From: Acanthaster planci
Taxonomy: Eukaryota
Direction: 5' to 3'
Length of the DNA stretch: 62,000 bases
Assembly: GCF_001949145.1 (NCBI RefSeq)
Contig: NW_019091405.1
Span: forward strand, 434,001-496,000
Shown: piece after piece, positions 52,501-62,000 of the stretch
How the letters are laid out: each line of letters begins with the position of its first letter
How positions within the stretch are numbered: position 1 is the first letter of the stretch
The notes under the pieces: generated by a model
What the model saw: the letters and a program-made list of their open reading frames with translations, nothing else
Told to the model about the DNA's origin: nothing
Databases searched by the model: none
Position numbers and translations under genes: made by a program

Positions 52501-54874
52501 AATACTGTAGCGTGTCCTACTTATTGGGCTCTGACGCTGTCACAGAAGCACACAGTCAACCACAAATCGCCGTTCCGGGCAAGAAACCTCTGTTTATTTT
52601 CCCGACGTCAACAAACCTGTTTTTCGTACACAAGCTCTAGACACGAGGTGTCTAGGCGGGGACTGTACAGTTGCGAGGTGGGAAAACCGCGGGCCGTTCA
52701 CATACCAGTGGGGGCAGCCAGCTAGCTCCATGCGGGTCCGAGCTGGTGCCCCCACCGGCCGAACCTGCCGGCGCTACAATACACTAACATTAAGTGAAAT
52801 TTGCTTGGCAAACTGAGACCAAGTGGTGCATATGTTACCCAACCTCACAAAATGAGTCACACATTGTAAGAGCCGCTTTGGAGTTCAATGCCTCAAACGA
52901 ACTTGCAAACAGTAAGTCAAAATCTTTTCACCCACACAATGCCCACATTTTTTTTTCATTTGGATGCCATACTGAGTAATACATCACTAAAAGGAGATCA
53001 GCTCTTTCTGTTTCTAACGGAAACCAAAACTGCATTACTGGTAAAAACAACCTTAAGACTCGTTGTTCGGGATCTGCTTGTCACACATATTTATGCACAT
53101 TTTATTGACATACCTTAATGACACGGACGTCATGGAAATACACCATGCTTACATGTAATAACCAAACAACGCAAACTGGCCCAAACTCATCAGCCCTGCA
53201 TTTAAAGATAGAAAAAGGCATGAACGTCAGTCGAGCCATATCCAAAAGTCTCATCTGTCTATGCGACAAGGCCATAGCCACTGGCTTGCGGCTTTCCAAA
53301 GACAGGCATGTTATTGCCAGCCATAGCCAGAAGTTTTAGGCATGGCCTTACAACATGCACAAGGATAGCAACTTTGGGAATACACAATAACCAAGGCCAA
53401 ACTAGAGCAACCCCAAAATTTGGCAATTTCTTTCTTAGCATTTATAAAGAAACAATGTGTGAAAAGATGATTTTGGGACATTTTCTCACTTATTTCCAAA
53501 AACAAGTAAAATGACCCTAAATCTACCCTCATCCCTAAAATAATGGTACACCGGTACAAGGTCATATGAAGAATTCTAAAATGTGTAGCCCCTTAAGAAA
53601 TGTTTGCCCCCTCCCCCCCAAAAAAAATTGGGTTCTGAATTCCCCTTTACAGAAGCCAACATTGCAAAACAAAAATTGAACATATGTTTAATCAGGCACA
53701 AAGGTGCATTTTTAAGGATCTCATTGAAACAAAAAAAAACACATTTCTTTGACCCTTTACATAACCAAAGGGGCAAACATTCCCCCTTTCTTGAATTTAG
53801 AATGAGAAAAGCTTTCTTGCAAATAACATAAGAAGCCCCAAATTGTCACCGCTCAAAAGGAAAATAAAAGGTTATGATAAGAAATTCCCCAAATATTTGG
53901 TCCTTCCCCCTCCCTGGAAACATTGTGTACTCCCCCTCCTAACATGTGGCTCTGAATCCATGCTTGAGTGTGCCAGGGACTGAACGCCACAACAAAAGCA
54001 ACATGAATCAATGTAAACAGTTTACTGACCAATCTTTGACAGCATCCTCCATTAATCGGCCTCTGGCTACATAATCCCTTATGTCTGGAATATTCCCCAG
54101 AAAAAAACTGTAGGAGAAACAAAATAAAAAAACTTTGAAGACTCACGCCTATTAAACATACACTGTAGCTCTTTTCAACCAATAAGGGGGTTGCTTCTGC
54201 CAGAGGTGGATAGCCTTGTGTGTACAGGGCACCGTGCCATCTACACCACTTTGGTGAATCACTATACAGTCCAATGACTGACTTGAAACACTGCACTGCT
54301 AGGGGCATCTTGTAACCAAGACTATTACCCACTTTGTTAATGTCCTCACCGCCAGGGATCGACGTCTTGTAACCAAGACTATATTACCCCCTTTGTTAAT
54401 GTCACTGAAAATACCATCTTGCATGTGTTGCACTGTATGAACAAGTTTGCTCTTTACGTTTTATTTCAAGTGAACATCCAACAATGACAATACTGTGAAT
54501 GGCAAAACAATATACCAGCGCATCCTTGATGAGAAGTCAAGTACATGTATGTACCTTCAAGTTCCACTGAATGAAGTGGCAAAGGCTATTCTCTAAAGGA
54601 TCAATTTTCAACGATCATAAAAGCAGCACGTTTGTACCATTCATGTGAGCTTGCTACCAGAAATAGCATTCTTCATAGAAGCAAAAAAAAAAATAAAAAA
54701 TAAAAAAATAAAATTTTCATGGATGATTACAAACCTCCGTCTCTTTGGTCCAGGGATATGACTGTACTTCCAGTGACGGTAGTGGAAAAAAACAACAGCG
54801 ACAATGAATGCAACCAGAGACAATGACAGCAGTGATGAAACGGTTGCCAAGGCAACCATACCAGCAGACACCAT
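43557..54874 (-). CDS. CYP46A1: Cytochrome P450, CYP46A1-like, copy B (inverted paralog), 13 coding exons, 515 aa
   Basis: Exons 54874-54735, 54107-54030, 53195-53114, 52322-52159, 51697-51559, 50964-50848, 48921-48690, 47040-46968, 46669-46585, 45968-45858, 45352-45264, 44264-44198, 43727-43557. Every exon length equals copy A (140,78,82,164,139,117,232,73,85,111,89,67,171). No stops or frameshifts seen; AGNETT, KETLR, PDRF and FSIGPRNCIG intact. Confidence 0.92.
44812..45024. mobile_element. Insertion containing a hairpin of about 180 bp, flanked by a 12-bp direct repeat
   Basis: agtacaaaattt at 44800-44811 and 45025-45036; 44811-44991 is a near-perfect palindrome centred near 44900. Confidence 0.65.
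49201..49692. mobile_element. MITE with GACTCGAGTC-type subterminal repeats
   Basis: cagaattgt...acactctg termini with clusters of gactc/gagtc motifs at both ends; same style as 50224-50839. Confidence 0.55.
50224..50839. mobile_element. hAT-like MITE (616 bp) with 8-bp TSD
   Basis: TIRs cagtgttgta / tacaaaactg; perfect TSD ccctttac at 50216-50223 and 50840-50847; GACTCGAG/GACTTG subterminal arrays. Confidence 0.85.
52506..52778 (-). mobile_element. Solo LTR (273 bp), probably Ty3/Gypsy
   Basis: TGTAGCG...CGCTACA termini, 4-bp TSD atac (52502-52505, 52779-52782), AATAAA on the minus strand; homologous to 59134-59402. Confidence 0.8.
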
Positions 54875-57800
54875 GATAGACCTGTGTTTGTGATAAACCC
54901 AACCATTTCAGCACAAGTTAAAACTGATCCCAAAATATTCTTAACAAATGTGATTGAAACTAGTGTGAAAAAAAGGGCATGGATACATTTGAATTAATTT
55001 AATTCTCATTCCATCAAGTGACCGGGAAACTTTGGTTGATGGGGGAAGAACTAGCCCTCCCCAAAGGGACAAAAGCATTTCGAAAATGAAATAAATCAGG
55101 AGGCTCTTTTTGATGGACTGTGGTAAGAATACATGAAATTTTGACCCAAAGTCATAGCGATCATGTCATATGCCACAAAATAATAGTGAGGTTTGTAGTA
55201 TTTCACCCATTCCCAGATATTGATTCCACTTCACAGAGCTACAGCACCATGACCCTCTCTCAGAAAACCCTCCTATTATCCTGGATGTGCAACTCAAGTC
55301 TGAAAACTGATTTCACTGAGGAAACTACTACTGTTTGTTTCATTTTTCTAATCCAGCAAAGATGTATGTTGAACTGAAAAAAGGCCCTCCCTCCTCAAGA
55401 CTTAAAAACAAAGGCAGCTCACCAATTATTTTTTTTATGTGGCCTAAGAAAGCCGCCTTTAGCCTTGATATTTGGTCAATGCCTGTGCTAAGCCTTACAA
55501 AGGCTCAAAGCAGATTTGGGTCAGAAGTGGTCATTTTCTGTCATTGTGTCCTCACTTTTTTTCATTGACTTCAGCAAAGTGGGTCAGTTATGGGCCTTTC
55601 ACTGGTTTCAACGTCAAGAGCACTGATGGTGAAAAATGTCACCTACATGTATCGGTAAGTGTGGTCACTTTTAGAATAATGGACAAAATGGCTTTTTCCC
55701 TTAAGTTTTTCAATGATTTTAGCCTAAACCTTTGTCAGTTATGGGCCTCTCACAAATTCTGTATGGACCATTTGCCATTCAAGGTCAACTGTTCCACCTC
55801 AAAAACCCAAAATAAACAAACAGTTGTAACATATATACATGTACAATGATGGACATTCACAATTGAAAGTGGAAGGGTGGTTATAAAAGGCTATGCTTGT
55901 CAAATACAGGACCCCTGGTAACATACTCGACTCGGGACAAACTACATAAACCAGCAGAGAAGCATGATCACTGAATCAGTTTGCAAACTGCAGAGTCATG
56001 AGGGGGCAAAGGTCAGCTTGGCTTGTGGTCGGTATGCCCCTTGGAAAGAGGTCCATAGGCCTATATACGGACAACACTGATTTTCCCTTTAAATGTTATA
56101 AAAGCCGTCAGAAAGTGATAACATGCCCTACACAAGTCTCATATGGTTATGCACAGAGGCATCAAGTGTTGTCCGTATATGGAACTCTTTCCCGGCCCTT
56201 TTCATGCAAATTGTGGGAAACGCTTCGTTCAGTACATTTAGCATATTATTAGTTTACATGCACGGACGTGAGGTCAGTTACAATTGCTTCTTACGAGTCA
56301 GGACTTAACTTAATGTTCACTCTCCGAGCTATGAATGAAGTACTGTGCTCAGGGGGCTCGTGGACGACTCGTCGATATATATACGATCCTGTCAGGCCTG
56401 GCGCGGCGTTGTGAAGTATCAGGTCGCGCGGACCGCGGGGACCAAATCACCGTCAAACCGCCACAAACTAGTGACGAGGCTTTTCCAATACTCAACTCTG
56501 TCTCGGGCTATGTCCCTGAAACCAATCCCCGATTGTGGGCCTGAAGCGTTTAAATCTAATTGGATTACTGTAAATTTTTGTTCTTTTGCATCTTATTTGA
56601 TGTTTTGTGGCACTATTAGACTAATTAGTCCGCTTACAGCTTCAAAGTCAGGTAGTAAAAAAACAGTTGAAGCCTGAGACGCAGCCGCAGTTGAGTATTG
56701 GAAAACGGCCATGTACACAAACGCCACTCGTTTGTGCAGCGATGACGTAATTTTTGAACTATTTTTAGATCATGGTTCGCAGATGACATCTATCTCATTA
56801 TCGGCCAAAAATGTCAATACAAATTGCTCTAATTGATCGGATTTTGCAGGAAACATGCTACCCAAGAACTAAATGAAACTTTCCCTTCACTTGTTATATA
56901 TAAAAGCGGATCAAGGGGATTTTTCGGTCGAATCTTGCACGAGATGTGTAGAATTTGGTGGCCCCGGGCACGCGCGAGTCTAATTCTGCCGATGAAAACG
57001 TTTACGCGAAAAAAATAAAGCTTTGCCAAAGTTTAATTTATGCATGAAAATGTTTCCATTAAAAATCTCCATCGATTCACCGTGGTAAATTTTATGTTTA
57101 CCGTGGCGATTTTCCAACATAGCGATCGGAAACAATTTTGTCATAGACTCCAACGGTAACGGTAACGGCGGCGGCCATGGTGGCTGCCGGCATTTCAAAT
57201 CTTGTTATTTTCCCAAAATCGAGCGGGAAAATTACATCATTATCATGTGACCTGATAAAAAAAAAGACGTCTTATGGTCTTGCTGCTTGAACAAGCGACA
57301 TAAGCAGAGAAGTAGGGACGTCGCTAGATTGTGGTTTGGTCCCCGATCTGGTTACATATTATGCGCGTGCAGCAGCCCGATCCACAGGGCATAGAACGCC
57401 AGTTCATATTCAAAACTAAATTTACAGGGGGTTTTCCGTGATCTGCACGGCGCCCGACTATTAATTATTGGCAAATTCGGAAGGCACTGTTCCAGAACCA
57501 TCAAAATGACATCGTTGTATGACATTTTATAAATAGTGCGCTTGCTTTATTGTTTGACCGGTAAGTCGCCAAAGTGTGCAAAGTGACGAAGTCATTTTTG
57601 GTGGTTCTCGAACAGTGCCTTCCGGCACTGAATTCACCCAACGGTATCCGCCCGGAGCTGAAGTGCACCCTCACCGGCGAAAGAAAGACAGGTGGTACTA
57701 ACTTTTTCCAACTGGGTTCTTGCACGTGTTCGACGTGCACGCGGAGACCATAGGCTACATTCTTAAATTTGTCACGGTGCGCGCGTACTCAGCATGTTCC

Positions 57801-59133
57801 GCGTCAAACACGCATAAACTTGCACGTCTATGCGGTGAATGCGTACCAAAGGACTGTCAATTTCACTTCAAACCACGCCCTCTTTGTACCTGCTCGGAGC
57901 GGATAGGGAATTTACGCACAGTTGAAGAATTCCAGCCATACCATAAAATTCTATGAAGCCACCATCGATTGTAAAAGAAAATCCTCTGTTTACTTAATCT
58001 CGCTCATAGAGATTCAAAACAATGCGATTGCAACATTTGACAAGAACAGGTAAGAGCACCAAAGAGCAAAAAAGGTGAACGTATTTGGAAGCACAGTTGT
58101 AAACAAATACAGGCAATGTAAGTGCGTTGTGCGCAATGAGCAATGAACACGCTTCCATCCACCGTTTCGTCCTTTGTTTGCCCATACTTTTCAAAATCAC
58201 GATTATACGCGCGAGACTGGCGGTCTATGCTTTTATAATGTCTGTGGCCAGATTTCGGGCTCGCAAGGAATTGTCGGGTGGAAATTGGATGAACAAACCC
58301 ACATATGGCCCAGCCAGCGGTACGGTATCCGCCCCGAGCTGAAGTGCACCCCCAATCGGGGAAAAAAGACAGGTGGTTACAAGCGGGTTCTTGCCACGGT
58401 CGTATATAAAAAGAACCCGGACTTGCAACGCCTTTGTATAAAATAGAAGCCAACTAGCGGCCATTTTACCGAGCCGAATACAAATGCGCAGGTTGGCTTG
58501 CTTCTATTGACGCCAGGGAGAACAAAGGCGGGCATTGCCGGGCAAGCTTTGTATTCGACTCGGTAAAATGGCAACTAGTGGATTCAGTGTTCTCTATAAG
58601 CTGATTGAGGGCATTGCGAATGGTATACGTATGGAGGAAGGACACAGGAGTTTGAACTATCCGGGCTACAACATCTGGCCAATTACCGCTTTAGTTCTGT
58701 TATGCCCGGTATGTCCATAGCCAGAGCGCAGCAAATGCTTGCAACGCCCCACCTGTTTCACAACCATAAGCGCCCTTTGAACGTACCCCGTGATCATCGC
58801 CGCTATTTTTCGCTGGTAATCTGCATATATCCTTAAGACGTTGTGTACTGCAGTATAGGAAGTTGAATATTCATGCATTGTTGGTGCTTAGTATGATTTG
58901 ACAACAACATCTAATTTAATGCTTGCGCAGTTGCTTGTATTAGGCCCTGTGCCGTAAGTGTTTACGTGCAGTCATTGTCCTTATCGAACGCTTTCTTCTG
59001 GACTTATTTTGGGAATTAATAGCCAAGTTGTTTATAAGATCTTGTGTTTTATTTGAATCATTTTTATTACTGAATTTACACAAAAGGTATTTTATGAGAT
59101 TTCATGATCACTCCTTCTGATGAAACAGGGTAT

Positions 59134-59402
59134 TGTAGCGCCGGCGGGTCCGGCCGGTGGGGGCGCCAGCTCGGACCCGCATGGAGTTGGCTGGCTGCCC
59201 GCGCTGGTATGCGAACGGCCCGCGGTTTTCCCGCCTCGCGCCTGCGCAGTCCTTGCGGACAGGCGCCATGTTTAGAGTTGAGGTGAAAACGCATTGTTGT
59301 GGACGACAGCAATAAAACAGAGGTTTCGTGACCAAAAAAGTGAGTTGCGGCTGCGTGTGCTTCTATACCAGCGTCGAACCCTGATCAGTAGGACACGCTA
59401 CA
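59134..59402 (+). mobile_element. Solo LTR (269 bp), same family
   Basis: TGTAGCG...CGCTACA termini, 4-bp TSD gtat (59130-59133, 59403-59406), internal AATAAA. Confidence 0.8.
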
Positions 59403-60011
59403 GTATTTTGTTTTTCGTGAACTTAACTGTCCTGTGGAGGTCAACATGTCCTTGACCAGACTTAGCCAAATTCGTAGAAAGACTTTGAAAACTGATGTTT
59501 CGGAGTGACAAAGTAAAATTGCAAACATTGCATGGATAATGGAAAAGTGCATCAACATTTTTTTTAATTCAAGACGGCTTAAGTAGATATAAATTAAATG
59601 ATAGATATTTTGTTTCTATTTCCCGGTCCCTGCGACAAGTTGCTGTTAATTTCTAGGAAAACGCCACAAGTATTGCTAGGATATTACTGGCCCCGCTTGT
59701 CCTGCTAAGTTGCAGGCAGTAATCAGACATTTTTGGAATGTTTACTATTGTTCGTCTGACCAGGCGGCGATGATCATCGAGCACTTTGATGCGCCAGAGT
59801 TGTAACTCCTTCCGCGTCCTTCCACCATGGTGTACGTAAAGAGCATACAAGCCGAAATAAATTAGTTTCGCGTATATACTCAGCGTGCTCCGTGTCAAAC
59901 ACGCATATACTTGTGCGCCTCGTGGCGAGCCTATGCGGTGAGTACCAAAAAGTCCTTTACTCTCGAAGAAATCCAAACACATCCAATGTATTGAGGCAGT
60001 TCAGCATATTC

Positions 60012-60254
60012 TCGGGAGAATGCTCGGGAGGGAGGTGGGACTTCCCCTGGACGTCGTTGTGGGGTCACCGGAGGAACGGACAGAGACTACCGAGCCACTA
60101 AATTACGTCGACAAGCTGAGAACGAAGCTCACGCGGGCCCACGAGTTTGCCGGCGACAGGCATGAGGCGGACTCAGAGCTACCAGAAGCAGCAGTACGAC
60201 CGTCGTGCCCAGGAGGGCGGGTTCGAGCCCGGCCAGGCTGTTTGGCTGTTCACC
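60012..60254 (+). mobile_element. Ty3/Gypsy integrase C-terminal fragment
   Basis: MLGREVGLPLDVVVG...YVDKLRTKLTRAHEFA, then after a frameshift QSYQKQQYDRRAQEGGFEPGQAVWLFTP (integrase C-terminal/GPY-F-like pattern); flanked by a 29-bp direct repeat. Confidence 0.8.
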
Positions 60255-60843
60255 CCAATGTATTGAGGCAGTTCAGCATATTCAGTGATGCTTCACAAAA
60301 TCTTGCCTTCCTTACAATCTTGCTACCTCCCTCTCTTACGAAGAAACCTTTCCTTCTCCCTCTCTACAACAGACCTGTGATCCTAAGTGTTTCCTTCGTC
60401 ATCAAATGCCTCTTGAAACGTACCAACATCCCGTCTCTTTTTCTTCCACAGCCTAACACGAGGAAGACAGACACCCTGCTCCTTAAAACATCAATCCTGC
60501 CGAACTAATAGTGTGAAAGTTTCTTTGTTTACCCGCTTTCCCAGATTGTTAAATTCGCTTCCCTATAACCTTCGAGACTTTTGTCTAGAACCCTCCCCAA
60601 AGACTTCTTTCACTCTCTACCTGAAAACCTCTAACCAGGGCCCTATCATCCATGCCTTGTAGAATATCCAGCTTTATCCTGAAAGGTCGTCCAACTTTTT
60701 TAAGGCTCTATGTACGTGTCTTTTGTTTTCCATTGTTTACACTGTCTTGCCAGAAAATTTTTTTCTCACATAGATGTATGTGCACTTAAAATAATTTTAG
60801 ATGCTCATTTCAATCTTCTTTCAAATTTTGTTCAACTCATAGT

Positions 60844-62000
60844 GTGGCGAAACAGGGTAGCTGTGTAGTCTTGTGTTTAATCTGGGTATTTATAATGCAT
60901 GCACGTGGAAAGCGGCAACCAATCAGAAGCGCGCGTTACCCTAGGTCTGGGCACTGGCTGCGTGGGTTGCCGGGATTTCTTAAGACGGCACCGTGCAGAT
61001 AGGAGCTTTACAGAGTTGTATCGTTCACTTAGCTATATTAAAACCCTACCTCTGGTGCGCCTGGTGCGATCGGTTAGTGTGGTGCTTGTTCTCATCGGAG
61101 CTGCCGGTTACTTAAGATCTCATCGGAGATTGAGGGATTGTTAGACAGTCCGGTTTATTTAAGGAATGTTGGATTACAGGGCTAGGGAACCCATGTGAAC
61201 CAGTTAATAAGGGAATTAGCAAAGTTAGACTGGAGGGATCGCGTGCCGTTGTTCCATACTTCTTGGTATACGATGGTTGGTTGCAGCCTTTGTCTGAGGG
61301 CTTTGCTTTCCTCGGTGATGCTTACTCGATGCCGGTTTCCGTTAGAGTCCAGTGAGGACTATTATAATCGCCTTCTTAATCAACTGACCCGTGTAATTTG
61401 ATAATAACTTGAAGTGGATGAGGGTTACTTAAGTCACCTTGAACCCTGTTGCAGTTTGGGAACTGCATTGCTTAGTAAGGCAGTAGAGATTATTGTTATA
61501 TAAGGCTACCCTGTTGTGTTGTATAATTACGAAAGTTGTCTTTGCTTCTGTGATCAACACTCATCAATTATAAGCCTATTATTAACTTGAGGGTTACCTA
61601 TTGACTTGAAGGTTGCCTGGTCATTGAGGGTTACCCCGGTTATTGTGCGGGCCACTCTGGTTATTGTGAGGGATACCTTGGTGTAGGTTCAGGATAACAA
61701 GCTTCCTATTTAATCAAGTTAGTGGTTAAGTTGACCACATAGGACTACCTACCTGTGAGGATCATTTTGTACATAATTAATTGCCTTTGTGTGTAAACTA
61801 TTACTGAAGCTCTGACATTGAATAAATCAATCATATAATTGCCTTTGAAGTCAACGGTAACCATGAGGTTTAGTCCAGTCCCTTGTAATGACATTTATTG
61901 TAACCTATATTGACATTGGAATCAATCACCTAATCGCAGAGAGGTGGTAAACTTCCAACAAACGAACAGCCCCTAAGGCATAGTCCACCGTTCGTTAACT
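60844..62000. mobile_element. Possible long LTR or other repeat running to the window edge
   Basis: Starts TGTGGCGAA; contains a CCAAT box, repeated gggttacc motifs and AATAAA at 61821. The 3' end and TSD are not visible. Confidence 0.3.

Noticed and set aside
43557..54874. CYP copy B as a pseudogene or an assembled allele of copy A
   Set aside because: All 13 exons are open with canonical splice sites, introns are largely unalignable and some exons are about 25% diverged, far beyond allelic difference.
28149..55787. NR5A/SF-1-like YCAAGGTCA upstream of both CYP copies (28149, 55779)
   Set aside because: One or two such 9-mers are expected by chance in 62 kb, and the flanks are not homologous.
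60284..60720. Possible LINE ORF2 remnant on the minus strand
   Set aside because: Purine-skewed but full of stops with no recognisable motif; not supportable by eye.

Overview
Intron-rich animal genomic DNA, not prokaryotic. The repeat style and gene set suggest an invertebrate deuterostome such as an echinoderm (inference). Splicing the exons by hand gives five intact genes, all with GT-AG introns and consistent phases: (1) a 3-exon MIF/D-dopachrome tautomerase-family gene (minus, 2524-4298, 132 aa), which the ORF track shows only as fragments; (2) AHSA1 (plus, 7089-21050, 10 exons, 348 aa) with a perfect heat-shock element upstream; (3) DMAC2/ATP5SL (minus, 23029-26636, 4 coding exons, 279 aa); (4,5) two CYP46A1-like P450s in tail-to-tail inverted orientation (plus 28934-39103, minus 43557-54874), each with 13 coding exons of identical lengths and 515 aa. 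Main observations: the P450 pair is a mosaic, with a 201-bp perfectly identical tract next to exons about 25% diverged and amino-acid changes clustered in substrate-recognition regions. AHSA1 intron 1 holds nested inverted repeats whose outer arm is complementary to the exon-1 splice donor and can alternatively fold into a local hairpin. A hAT-type insertion duplicated a P450 splice donor. Also present: piggyBac-like and hAT-like MITEs, two solo LTRs with the same target tetramer, LINE/SINE/Gypsy fragments, and a 1046-N gap followed by a probably misplaced contig.
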